Assembly: GCA_039029735.1 (NCBI GenBank)
Contig: JBCCFL010000019.1
Coordinates: forward strand, 12,924 to 76,923
Source of the DNA: Actinomycetota bacterium
GTDB lineage: Bacteria > Actinomycetota > Acidimicrobiia > Acidimicrobiales > SZUA-35
DNA: 64,000 bases
Direction: 5' to 3'
Within the stretch, counting starts at the first letter, position 1. The number at the start of each line of letters is the position of its first letter. A program made the position numbers and the translations under genes. This document shows positions 18,951-28,660 of the stretch, in pieces. The notes beneath the pieces were generated by a model, which was not told the origin of the DNA, did not search any database, and saw nothing but the letters and a program-made list of their open reading frames with translations.

Positions 18951-20726
18951 TCATCCGACCAGCCCGGCGAACGGGTCGGCGGTGGCACCGCTCTCGCTGA
19001 GATCGAGCGTGTCGCGATCGCCGTTGGCCACGGCCGCCTCGGCCGACCGGGTGGCCCAGGCCGGGAACGGGAACTCCACGAGCAGTGGCACCGGGAGGCG
19101 GGGCTGGGCCACGTACATCGAGCCCGGCTTGAGGATCGTGGCCCGCTGGCGCTGAACCGCCGGCAGGAACCCGTACTCGTCGCGCCGAGCCTCGGCCGGG
19201 TCGAGCCGGCCCACGACGCGGATGGCGCTGTTGGCCACCACCCGGCGCTCCACCTCGCTCGCCGTCTGTTGGGCGCCGATCAAGATAATGCCGAGGGAGC
19301 GCCCGCGCTCGGCCACGTCGAGCAGGATCTCCTTGATCGGGCTGGACGAGTCGCGCGGGGCGTACTTGTTGAGCTCGTCGAGCACCACGAGCTGGAGGGG
19401 CTTGGCCACCCCGCTCGCCTCTTTGGCCTCGAACGCCTGGCGCAGCACAACACCCACCACGAACCGCTTGGCCCGATCGTGGAGCGCGTGCAGGTCGACC
19501 ACCGTCACCTGGTGCCGATCGAGGTCGAGCCCGTATGAGGTGGCTTCGCTCACGTCGGCCCGGATGAGGTGCTCGACGTGGCGACGGGCTGAGGCGAGAC
19601 GGCGTACGAACGCGCTCACGGTGCCGCCGCTGACGGCCCGGCCCGTCCACCGGCTGGTTTCGGCGGGATCGGCGGAGTCGTCGGGGAGCAGCTTCGCCTC
19701 GATCGCGTCGACCAACTGCCCGAAGGTGCGGATCGTCTGGCCGTCGAGGCGAACGGCTCCGTCGCCGGCATCGCTCAGCTGAGCCAGCTGGGCGGTGACG
19801 GCCTGCACCACGATCGTGTACTGCTGGCGCTCGTCCTCGGCATCGGCGAAGAGGAACGGGAGCAGGCCCTGGCGGCAGAAGTCGGCCACGGTCCACAGGA
19901 ACGGGCTCACGCCGAGGTGGCGCGAGCCGGTGGCCGGCGTTGCGTTGGGGTCGCCCTTGCGGGGAGGGGCCAGGATGCCGACGTCGGCGAAGGGCCGGGG
20001 GGCGAGACCGAGGGCGTCGTAGCGGGCGGCCCGATCGGGGGCGAGGGCGGTGTTGGCGTGATCGAGGAAGAGCAGGTCCTCCCCCTTGACGTTGAAGATC
20101 AGGGCCTTAGTGTTGGCCGCCTCGGCCCCGAGCACGCCGGAGTTGAACATCGAGTAGAGCAGGAAGGTGGCATAGCTGGTTTTCGTGGCAACGCCCGACA
20201 CGCCCGAGATGTTGATGTGGGCGCCCTTGGTGCCGTCGACGAAGTCGAGGTCGAGGAACACGGGCTCCCCGCTGCGGGACAACCCGGCCGGCAGCTTGCG
20301 CTCGACCTCGTCGAACGACAGCGCAAGGTCGCGTTCGGCGTCGGTGGCCAGGCGCACGGCGTTGCCCGGGAGCGGCGGGAGCAGCACCTCCGGCTCGAAG
20401 CGGGTGGGCTGCACGAGCGCTGCTTCGCTCACTTCGGCTGGGAGCACGCCATCATCGATCAGGAACACGTCGCTCTGGAACTTGGCGCCCTCGTGACGGG
20501 CCCGCACCTGGGTGACGATGCCGAAGATCGACAGCCGATCTCCCTCGGGGAGCACCCGGTCCACCGCCACCACGTCGTCGAGCTGGAGGGTGCGGCCGGG
20601 CGCGACGGCAACCCAGAACTCGAGTGGGGTGGCGTCGTCGATGCCCAGCACCAGGCCCACCGCAGGGCCCTCGGAGCCGGACTGGCCCCCGTTCAGCGTG
20701 TGATTCGAGGCATCCGCCATTCCCAT
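18951..20726 (-). CDS. herA: HerA/FtsK-like ATPase (DUF87-type) with an N-terminal HAS-barrel-like region
   Basis: ORF 18951..20783(-) was trimmed to ATG 20726 (alternative 20720). HAS-barrel-like stretch: LEFWVAVAPGRTLQLDDVVAVD...IFGIVTQVRARHEG. The P-loop region ISGVSGVATKTSYATFLL is deviant, with Thr rather than Gly before the Lys. Walker B is LQLVVLDELNKYAP, followed by GRSLGIILIGAQQTASEV. Confidence 0.7.
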   Translation of the reverse strand: MGMADASNHTLNGGQSGSEGPAVGLVLGIDDATPLEFWVAVAPGRTLQLDDVVAVDRVLPEGDRLSIFGIVTQVRARHEGAKFQSDVFLIDDGVLPAEVSEAALVQPTRFEPEVLLPPLPGNAVRLATDAERDLALSFDEVERKLPAGLSRSGEPVFLDLDFVDGTKGAHINISGVSGVATKTSYATFLLYSMFNSGVLGAEAANTKALIFNVKGEDLLFLDHANTALAPDRAARYDALGLAPRPFADVGILAPPRKGDPNATPATGSRHLGVSPFLWTVADFCRQGLLPFLFADAEDERQQYTIVVQAVTAQLAQLSDAGDGAVRLDGQTIRTFGQLVDAIEAKLLPDDSADPAETSRWTGRAVSGGTVSAFVRRLASARRHVEHLIRADVSEATSYGLDLDRHQVTVVDLHALHDRAKRFVVGVVLRQAFEAKEASGVAKPLQLVVLDELNKYAPRDSSSPIKEILLDVAERGRSLGIILIGAQQTASEVERRVVANSAIRVVGRLDPAEARRDEYGFLPAVQRQRATILKPGSMYVAQPRLPVPLLVEFPFPAWATRSAEAAVANGDRDTLDLSESGATADPFAGLVG

Positions 20727-20805
20727 CAACGCTAGGCGGGCCCAGTGACACTCGGGCTGATACTTCCTCCCCAAACTCGCCAAACCCAGGGGCAGTGGCG
20801 ACCGG

Positions 20806-21474
20806 TCAGAGCGAGAACGGCTCGCCGTCGGCCGTCTCGCGCACCACGAACTCCTCCACGGCCACCCGCCGGAGCTTCGTGAGCTGCTTCACGGGCTTGC
20901 CGATCGGCACCAGGGCCGCCACTGCCTCATGCGGTTCGAGGTTGAGCATCTCCTGCACCTCGGGTTCGGCACTGGTGATCAGCGTGGTCATCGTGCCGCC
21001 GAGGCCCTCGTTGCGAGCCGAGAGGATGATGTTCCAGACCAGCGGGTAGATGGAGGCTCCGCTCGCCACCCCGATCCGGTCGAGATGCCAGTCGGTCGAC
21101 GCCACCTTGCGGAGATCCACGGTGACGATCAGCACCACCGGTACCTCCCCCATCGCCCGGAACATGGGCAGGATGTCCGACGGGGTGGCCTTGGCCTTCT
21201 CGAGATCCACCGTGGTGGGCACGATCGTGTTCCACGGGAACTCGCCGGCCTGGCGCTGCTGGTCGTAGATGCGGAGCGCGGGCTCGCACAACAACCCGAG
21301 GCGCTGCTTGCGCTCGGTGTCGCGAACCACGATCACCCGCTGACCCTGCCGGTTCCCGCCTGAGGGGGCGAACCGGGCGTTGTCGAAGATGCGATGGAGT
21401 GTCTCGTCGGTCACCGGGTCGTCGGTGAACTCCCGGGCTGCGAACGTGGTGCGCATGACGTCGTAGAGATCCAT
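20806..21474 (-). CDS. Nitroreductase family protein
   Basis: MDLYDVMRTTFAAREFTDDPVTDETLHRIFDNARFAPSGGNRQGQRVIVV is a typical nitroreductase N-terminus. Confidence 0.8.
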   Translation of the reverse strand: MDLYDVMRTTFAAREFTDDPVTDETLHRIFDNARFAPSGGNRQGQRVIVVRDTERKQRLGLLCEPALRIYDQQRQAGEFPWNTIVPTTVDLEKAKATPSDILPMFRAMGEVPVVLIVTVDLRKVASTDWHLDRIGVASGASIYPLVWNIILSARNEGLGGTMTTLITSAEPEVQEMLNLEPHEAVAALVPIGKPVKQLTKLRRVAVEEFVVRETADGEPFSL

Positions 21475-21538
21475 GTCGGAACCCTGTCACGTGGCCGGGC
21501 CCGAGAAAACTCCGACCCCGGTGCGCAATACTTGGCCG

Positions 21539-21931
21539 ATGAGCGAGGTGACGGTTCATGGCATCGACCACGTGGTGCTGAACGTGGCCGACCCGGAGCG
21601 ATCCATGCGGTGGTACCGCGACGTGCTCGGCCTGCTCCCGGTGGACTACGAGGGGTGGAAGGCGGGCCGCGCCGGGCTGCTCGCCATCCGGATCAACGAC
21701 ACCTCGATCATCGACCTGGTGCCCACCGACGCCGAGCGCACCGGTGAGAACATGAACCACCTTGCGTTCTGGGTCGACGGAGACCTCGACGAGTTCCTCG
21801 CCCGCGACGACGTGGACGTGTGGCGGCGCGACGAGGGGTTCATCGGTGCCCAGGGTGCGGGACCGTCCGCCCAGATCGTGGATCCCGACGGCAACCGCAT
21901 CGAGCTGAAGCAGTACCTGCCGCTGGCGTAG
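21539..21931 (+). CDS. VOC/glyoxalase-bleomycin resistance family protein
   Basis: ORF 21473..21931 was trimmed to ATG 21539 (MSEVTVHGIDHVVLNVADPERSMRWYRDVLGL...). The ending is DPDGNRIELKQY. Confidence 0.75.
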   Translation: MSEVTVHGIDHVVLNVADPERSMRWYRDVLGLLPVDYEGWKAGRAGLLAIRINDTSIIDLVPTDAERTGENMNHLAFWVDGDLDEFLARDDVDVWRRDEGFIGAQGAGPSAQIVDPDGNRIELKQYLPLA

Positions 21932-22214
21932 CTACGACGGCCCTGCGGATCGAATCGCGGCGGCTCGGCCTCGGTCGTCGCTCGATCACGGTTTCGTTGA
22001 CGGGTGGACCGACCTGTTCGACGAGTTCTGGGCTCCAGTGCTCGTCATTGGGCTGAGCTGCGCCCGACACGACCATGTCGCGGATGTCGTCCACCGCGAT
22101 GTGCACCCCTCGGCCGAAGCCTGCAGCGAGCGCCCGACTGGCGGTGCTCTTGCCGACCGCTGGGCTGCCGACCACGACGTACAGCGGCGCGTCCATGTGG
22201 ACCACGCTGCTCAT
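21840..22214 (-). pseudogene. Truncated P-loop kinase/AAA-like gene remnant
   Basis: The N-terminus MDAPLYVVVGSPAVGKSTASRALA...HIAVDDIRDMV is a good P-loop NTPase start. After about 75 codons the sequence turns into Arg/Pro/Ala-rich filler and runs 92 nt into the 3' end of the convergent VOC gene. No other frame continues the homology. Confidence 0.4.
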
Positions 22215-22433
22215 AGCCCGGCAACCCTATGTTGGCGACTCCCGTGGCCCGGGACGACACCGGAATCGCTCGAACTCCCGTCGGCCGCTCCGGGTCGCAA
22301 CCCTCCCCGGCCGCCACCGAACCCAGTGCGGTACCCGTCCCCGATCGGTGCCAGTATCTAGAGCGAACGTTCCGCCCGAGCGCACGCGGCACCACGCGGG
22401 TCCTCCCGCTTCGATGACTGAAGGGATCAACAC

Positions 22434-23753
<1,320 letters not shown>

Positions 23754-23825
23754 CCGAAGCCGAGGCGTCGAGCGATCGCCCGGCTTCTGATCATCCATCA
23801 TTCGCCTGGCCCCAGCCTGGCCGCC

Positions 23826-24248
23826 ATGACCGAGGCGGTCGAGGTTGGGGCCCGCGGCGCGTGTGCGGCGCTCGCCGATGCCGGTGAGGTAGCGCCCAAC
23901 GTGGTGGTGCGAGCTGCATTGGACACCACCGTCGATGACGTGTTGGCGGCCGACGGATACGTGCTCGGCACGCCGGCCAACCTCGGCTACATGAGCGGTG
24001 CGCTCAAGCACGTATTCGATCAGATCTACGAGCCCTGCCTCGATCGCACGGTGGGCCGCCCCTATGGCCTGTATCTCCACGGCCGAACCGACACCGACGG
24101 GGCCCGCCTCGCCATCGAGAAGATCACCACGGGGCTCAAATGGCGTCTGGTTCAGGAGCCCGTATCGTCGCTGGGCCCAACCCGGGCGACCACCACCGAT
24201 GCGTGCTGGGAGCTGGGAGCCGCGCTGGCGGCAACGGTCGCCAGCTGA
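23826..24248 (+). CDS. Flavodoxin-like fold / NAD(P)H-dependent FMN reductase-like protein; the annotated ATG probably truncates the true N-terminus
   Basis: Body contains ADGYVLGTPANLGYMSGALKHVFDQ. The same frame is open back to 23754 and there encodes RLLIIHHSPGPSLAA. That is the expected first beta-strand and phosphate loop, but no ATG/GTG/TTG precedes it. Confidence 0.6.
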   Translation: MTEAVEVGARGACAALADAGEVAPNVVVRAALDTTVDDVLAADGYVLGTPANLGYMSGALKHVFDQIYEPCLDRTVGRPYGLYLHGRTDTDGARLAIEKITTGLKWRLVQEPVSSLGPTRATTTDACWELGAALAATVAS

Positions 24249-24282
24249 GGCGCCGGGTGTGTTCGCACCCGCCCCCGTCGGC

Positions 24283-25158
24283 TCAGACCCCGAGCAACGC
24301 GTCGATCACCTGGGCCACGCCATGCTCGTGGTGGGGTGGGGCCACAGCATCGGCGGCGCCCTTCACGAGGTCGTCGGCCCCGGCCATCGCGTAGCCGGTG
24401 CCGACCCAGCGCAGCATGGAGAGATCATTGGAGTGGTCGCCGAATGCGATCGTGTCCGCCTGGTCGATGCCGAGTGTGGCGCAGAGATCGGCGACGGCCT
24501 GCCCCTTGTTGGCGTCGGCTCGCGTCACCTCGACGAATGCGGCGCCGGAGGTCGAGGCGCTCAGGCCGTGGGGAACGACGGGCGTGAGGGCATCGAGCCA
24601 CTCGTAGGTGCTCAGTCGATCGTGGGCGAGCATGAGCTTCACCAGCTGCTCGGCGTGGGGGTCGAACGGTCGGCGTCGACCCTGGTATTCAAGCGGAATG
24701 GGCCGCCCGAGAGCGGCTCGATTTCGCTCCCATTGCTCGGTGTGATGCACCCCTTCCGGGGTCTCCCAGGAGATGCCCACTTCAGGGAATTCCGCGGTTA
24801 CCGCGGAGACTGTTTCCACAATGTGATCCACCGGGATGAGGCGTCGCTGCACCACTGCGCCCTTCTCCACGTCGAAGAGGGTGGCTCCGTTCGAGCCGAT
24901 CAGCCAGCGGATGCTCTCGGTGGGCAGGATCCTGGGCAGGGCGCTCCAGTGGCTGCGGCCGGTGGCTGCGACCACCTCGATGCCTGCGGCACGGGCCCTC
25001 TTGAGGGCGTCGACGGTGACCGGGGACACCTGGCTGTCGAGGCCCAGCAACGTGCCGTCGAGGTCACTGGCAAGCAGGCGCGGGGCAGGGGTCGGCACGG
25101 CTCGGAACGGTAGCAGTGGCCGCTGCTGGTGCGGGCAGTCGCGCTGTCGACCACGCAC
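24283..25158 (-). CDS. Cof-type HAD-IIB phosphatase
   Basis: Motifs: LLASDLDGTLL, ATGRS, and GDHSNDLSML near the C-terminus. The start is uncertain (ORF-track start 25158, or GTG 25098 closer to the DxDGT motif). Confidence 0.8.
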   Translation of the reverse strand: MRGRQRDCPHQQRPLLPFRAVPTPAPRLLASDLDGTLLGLDSQVSPVTVDALKRARAAGIEVVAATGRSHWSALPRILPTESIRWLIGSNGATLFDVEKGAVVQRRLIPVDHIVETVSAVTAEFPEVGISWETPEGVHHTEQWERNRAALGRPIPLEYQGRRRPFDPHAEQLVKLMLAHDRLSTYEWLDALTPVVPHGLSASTSGAAFVEVTRADANKGQAVADLCATLGIDQADTIAFGDHSNDLSMLRWVGTGYAMAGADDLVKGAADAVAPPHHEHGVAQVIDALLGV

Positions 25159-25225
25159 GGTGTTGCCAGGCAGTTACAACCTCACAACATCGTGATGGCA
25201 GTTCGACAAGCCTGTGCATGAAGCA

Positions 25226-25286
25226 GTGGACAACCGGTGGACGGCCAGGGGAAAGCTGGGGACGGCCGAAAAAACCTGCGGACAAC
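25226..25286 (+). promoter_or_regulatory. Four phased direct repeats GNGGACRRC in a long non-coding region
   Basis: The copies are GTGGACAAC (25226), GTGGACGGC (25237), GGGGACGGC (25258) and GCGGACAAC (25278), with spacings of 11, 21 and 20 nt. Related TTGTCCTG copies lie at 25420 and 25449, and a palindrome TGTCCTG-G-CAGGACA lies at 25450-25464. Confidence 0.35.
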
Positions 25287-25856
25287 TGTGGGGATTTCGC
25301 GAAACGCCTTGACCTGGGCAAATACAGCGTCAAGGATGACGCCCAGGACGACTGATCAAGGCGGAAGTCCAGCGAGGGAGTGGGCGACTTTTACTCCAGT
25401 ACACGGAGTCCGTTTCGTCTTGTCCTGAAGGTGGCCTTCCGCAGCCAGTTGTCCTGGCAGGACATACACCCCATCGGTGCGACGAAGCGGCGGTCGGCAG
25501 CAATGCCGGAATAGTGACGGAGCACCCCAGACCCCGACGGCGGTCCACCCGCTGCCTGAAGGAAAATGGAACAGCTCACCAGCCCTTCTCACTGGTGAGC
25601 AACTGGCGAAGCCATCACCCTCGTTGTGTCAGCACTCGTGAGAGTACGACAGCGGGTCGTGATGGTGGTGGATGTCATTGCCTGTTGCGGTACCCCTGCG
25701 GACGGACAACCCATCGCCGCCGCGGGGGTACCGCCCTCCTCAACGGGTCGGTGTGCGCTCCCGCCTCCCCTCCTCCAAGGGGTGCACACGAGGAGCCGAC
25801 GAGCGCCACCGCACAGCGACGTGGTGGCTCGCCGGCGCGCCTGGTTGAATCCCTTC

Positions 25857-27248
25857 ATGCAGGACTACGACCTCGTCATCGTCGGAACCGGCTCGGGGAA
25901 CAGCATCCCGGGGCCCGAGTTCGACGGTTGGAACATCGCCATCGTTGAGAAGGGGGTGTTCGGCGGCACCTGCCTCAACGTGGGGTGCATTCCGTCCAAG
26001 ATGTTCGTGTACGCCGCCGACGTGGCCGAGACGATCCGCCACGCCTCCACCTACGGCATCACCGCCGAAATGCACCACGTGGACTGGCCCTCGATCCGCG
26101 ACCGGGTGTTCGGCCGGATCGACCCGATCGCGGCCGGCGGCGAGGAGTGGCGGCGGGGTGACGAGAACCCCAACATCACCGTGTACGGCGGCACCGCCCG
26201 CTTCACCGACACCAAGACGCTCACGGTCGACATGAATGACGGCGGCACCGAGACGATCTCGGGGCGCCACATCGTGCTCGGCGCTGGGGCCCGGCCCTGG
26301 GTGCCGCCGTGGAAGGGCATCGAGGACGTGGCCTACCACACGTCCGACACGATCATGCGGCTGCCGGCACTCCCGGAGCGGCTGATCGTGATGGGAGGCG
26401 GTTACATCGCCTCGGAGCTCGGCCACGTGTTCGCCAGCCTCGGATCGCACGTGACGATGATCAACCGCAGCAACGCCCTGTTGCGGGCCGAGGACGAGGA
26501 GATCTCGCACCGGTTCACCACCGTGTTCGGGCGTCGGGTGGACCTGCGCTGCGGGTCCGACGTGGAGGAGGTGACCCAGGACGACCAGGGCGTGCACGTA
26601 CGGCTGTTCCGCAACGGCGAAGAGGAGACCGTGCACGGCGACGTGCTCCTCGTGGCCACCGGGCGCCGCCCCAACGGCGACGTGCTCGACGTCGAGGCCG
26701 CCGGCATCGAGCACGACATGCACCGGGTTCTGGTGGACGAGCACTTCCGCACCAACGTGGACGGCATCTGGGCCTTCGGCGACCTGTCGAACACCTACCA
26801 GCTCAAGCACCTGGCCAACGCCGAGGTACGGGTGCTGCGCCACAACCTCCTGGTGGCCGATGGGCGCCTCGACGAGCCCATGCGCACCGTCGACACCAGG
26901 TTCGTGCCCCACGCCGTGTTCGGGAACCCGCAGGTGGCCTCTGTGGGCCTCACCGAGGCCGAAGCCCGCATGGCCGGCCGCAACATCGTGGTGGCCACGA
27001 AGGACTACGGCTCCACCGCCTACGGCTGGGCCATGGAGGACTCAGACGCTTTCGCCAAACTGATCGCGGATGCCGACACCCGGCAGCTGATAGGGGCCCA
27101 CATCATCGGCGCCCAGGCGTCTTCGCTGATCCAGCAGCTCATCCAGGGCATGCAGTTCGGTCAGACGGTCGACGAGATGGCTCACGGCCAGTTCTACATC
27201 CACCCCGCCCTGCCCGAGGTGATCGAGAACGCCCTCCTCGACTTGTGA
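25857..27248 (+). CDS. mtr: Mycothione reductase (pyridine nucleotide-disulfide oxidoreductase)
   Basis: ORF 25626..27248 was trimmed to ATG 25857. MQDYDLVIVGTGSGNSI...GGTCLNVGCIPSKMFVYAADVA matches the GTGSGN + CxxxxC N-terminus I know from mycobacterial Mtr, rather than the Lpd-type GAGPGGY. Confidence 0.85.
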   Translation: MQDYDLVIVGTGSGNSIPGPEFDGWNIAIVEKGVFGGTCLNVGCIPSKMFVYAADVAETIRHASTYGITAEMHHVDWPSIRDRVFGRIDPIAAGGEEWRRGDENPNITVYGGTARFTDTKTLTVDMNDGGTETISGRHIVLGAGARPWVPPWKGIEDVAYHTSDTIMRLPALPERLIVMGGGYIASELGHVFASLGSHVTMINRSNALLRAEDEEISHRFTTVFGRRVDLRCGSDVEEVTQDDQGVHVRLFRNGEEETVHGDVLLVATGRRPNGDVLDVEAAGIEHDMHRVLVDEHFRTNVDGIWAFGDLSNTYQLKHLANAEVRVLRHNLLVADGRLDEPMRTVDTRFVPHAVFGNPQVASVGLTEAEARMAGRNIVVATKDYGSTAYGWAMEDSDAFAKLIADADTRQLIGAHIIGAQASSLIQQLIQGMQFGQTVDEMAHGQFYIHPALPEVIENALLDL

Positions 27249-27257
27249 GCCCCGGTC

Positions 27258-27481
27258 TCACCGGTTCTCGACGGTCGCCACCCCTGCAGTTCGAACCACC
27301 GTCTGATCCTGCCGAAGGCTGTATCCCTCGAAGGTGACGACATCGACGACGAGCCCCGGCTGGTAGTAGATCGAGCCGGATCATGGCAGCACGCCACCAC
27401 CGTCCGGAGGATCGCGTCGAAGTCCTCGCCGAAGCGCACCGAATGGGCCGATCCGAGGACATGGAGTTGTGCCGAACTCAA
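27258..27481 (-). pseudogene. Possible frameshifted small ORF downstream of the 81-aa ORF
   Basis: ORF 27194..27481(-) starts at TTG, overlapping the upstream stop. After ...AILRTVVACCH its frame becomes Ser/Arg-rich and runs 55 nt into mtr. A different frame from about 27380 encodes SIYYQPGLVVDVVTFEGYSLRQDQTVVRTAGVATVENR. That frame has GC-rich third positions and stops at 27258, clear of mtr. Confidence 0.25.
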
Positions 27482-27723
27482 ACTGAGTGCTCGTCCCTCA
27501 CTGGCGAGTTGTCGGCAACGAACGCTGCGATGAGATCAGAGTCGCCTTCGGCGAGAGCACACAGATCGGGGTGCGGTTCTCGTCCGAGCGCGCGCAATCC
27601 ACGTGCGGCGCGCACCGCGTCGGCCACGGCGATCACGGCGAGCGACTTGGCGTCGAGCCCGAGATCCTCGAGACGTACCGGACCGCTCCTGTCGATCGGC
27701 TCGCCGGTACGTTTCAGGACCAT
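27478..27723 (-). CDS. Hypothetical 81-aa protein immediately downstream of the FDH operon
   Basis: ATG 27723 lies 43 nt after the stop of the Fe-S subunit gene on the same strand. Third codon positions are GC-rich. Sequence is MVLKRTGEPIDRSGPVRLEDLGLDAKSLAVIAVADAVRAARGLRALG.... No family recognised. Confidence 0.45.
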   Translation of the reverse strand: MVLKRTGEPIDRSGPVRLEDLGLDAKSLAVIAVADAVRAARGLRALGREPHPDLCALAEGDSDLIAAFVADNSPVRDEHSV

Positions 27724-27766
27724 TCACGCAACGTAGCGCACCGGTGTGACAGGGGGCGGCGCTGGC

Positions 27767-28660
27767 TCAGGAGCCGTGGACGTAGCCCCAGCCGAAGCGG
27801 CCCTTGATGCACAGATGCCCCGACGTCACCGAGTGATCCGCCGGTGAGGTCACCTTGACGATCTGCTCGTCCTGCACGTGCAGTTCGAGGTTGCACCCCA
27901 CACCGCAGTACGAGCACACCGTCTGGGTCACGGTCTGCTCCTCGGGCCGCCACTTGGCCGCCTCCCGCAAGTCGAACTCGGTCTTGAACTGCAGCGCGTT
28001 GGTGGGGCAGACCGCCACGCAGTTGCCGCAGTAGACGCAGGCCGAGTCGGGCAGTTCGGCGTCGAACTCGGTTCGGATCCTCGCGTCGAAACCTCGGCCC
28101 GCCACGGCGATCGCGTAGGTGTGCTGTGCATCGTCGCCGCACGCCTCCACGCACTTGTAGCAGAGCACGCACTTGTCGTAGTCACGAATGTAGAGGTCGT
28201 CCTCGATCCGGACCGGCTCGTCCATGCGGGCCCGGTCCACGCCGTAGCGATCGGGGTCGGCGCCGTAGGCCTCGATCCAGGTGTTGATGTCGTCGGCCTG
28301 GCTCAGGTCGACGCCGGTGGCGAGGAACTCCAGCACCATCTTGCGACTGTGGCGCACGCGCTCGGAGTCGGTCTGGATCTCCATGCCAGCCTCGGCGGGC
28401 CGGGAGCACGCGGGTACCAACGTGCGCGAGCCCTCCATCTCCACCACGCACACCCGGCAGGCGTTCACCGGTGTGAGGTTCTCGGCATAGCAGATCGTTG
28501 GCGTGTCGACGCCGGCCGCCGTACACGCATCGAGCACCGATGCGCCGGCGGGCACCTCGACGGCCTGGCCATCGATCGTGAGCGACACCGGGGTCTCCAC
28601 CGCATCACCGCCACCGGCCGGGGCCGAGCCGTTCGTGTTGGGGGTCATCGACGTGGTCAT
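27767..28660 (-). CDS. Formate dehydrogenase Fe-S module: a NuoG/FdsA N-terminal-like [2Fe-2S] and 2x[4Fe-4S] region, plus the Mo-bisPGD-type [4Fe-4S] motif, encoded as a separate polypeptide
   Basis: ORF 27767..28855(-) was trimmed to ATG 28660 (GGGAGGG SD; ATGA overlap with the upstream stop). Motifs: SLTIDGQAVEVP...ICY...NACRVCVVE (2Fe-2S), CVLCYKCVEAC and CVYCGNCVAVCP (4Fe-4S). It ends ...TVCSYCGVGCNLELHV...HLCIKGRFGWGYVHGS*, which is exactly where canonical FdsA/FdhF continues with RLT.PL.R. Confidence 0.8.
   Translation of the reverse strand: MTTSMTPNTNGSAPAGGGDAVETPVSLTIDGQAVEVPAGASVLDACTAAGVDTPTICYAENLTPVNACRVCVVEMEGSRTLVPACSRPAEAGMEIQTDSERVRHSRKMVLEFLATGVDLSQADDINTWIEAYGADPDRYGVDRARMDEPVRIEDDLYIRDYDKCVLCYKCVEACGDDAQHTYAIAVAGRGFDARIRTEFDAELPDSACVYCGNCVAVCPTNALQFKTEFDLREAAKWRPEEQTVTQTVCSYCGVGCNLELHVQDEQIVKVTSPADHSVTSGHLCIKGRFGWGYVHGS

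Noticed and set aside
25226-25464. The cluster of TTGTCC(A/G)C-like DnaA-box look-alikes as the chromosomal origin (oriC).
   Set aside because: There is no dnaA, dnaN, rpmH or gyrB context and no adjacent AT-rich unwinding element. Most boxes deviate from TTGTCCACA at 1-3 positions. I kept this only as a repeat observation.
25159-25856. RNase P RNA, tmRNA, SRP RNA or tRNA in the long intergenic gap.
   Set aside because: I looked for the hallmark strings on both strands and found none. The strings were GGAAAGTCCGG / ACAGAACCCGGC for RNase P, GGGG...TCCACCA ends and a tag ORF for tmRNA, a GGAA tetraloop within the conserved SRP helix, and GGTTCGAATCC-type T-loops. I only found loose look-alikes, e.g. 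GGCGGAAGTCCAGC and GCGGAAGGCC. A covariance-model scan would be decisive.
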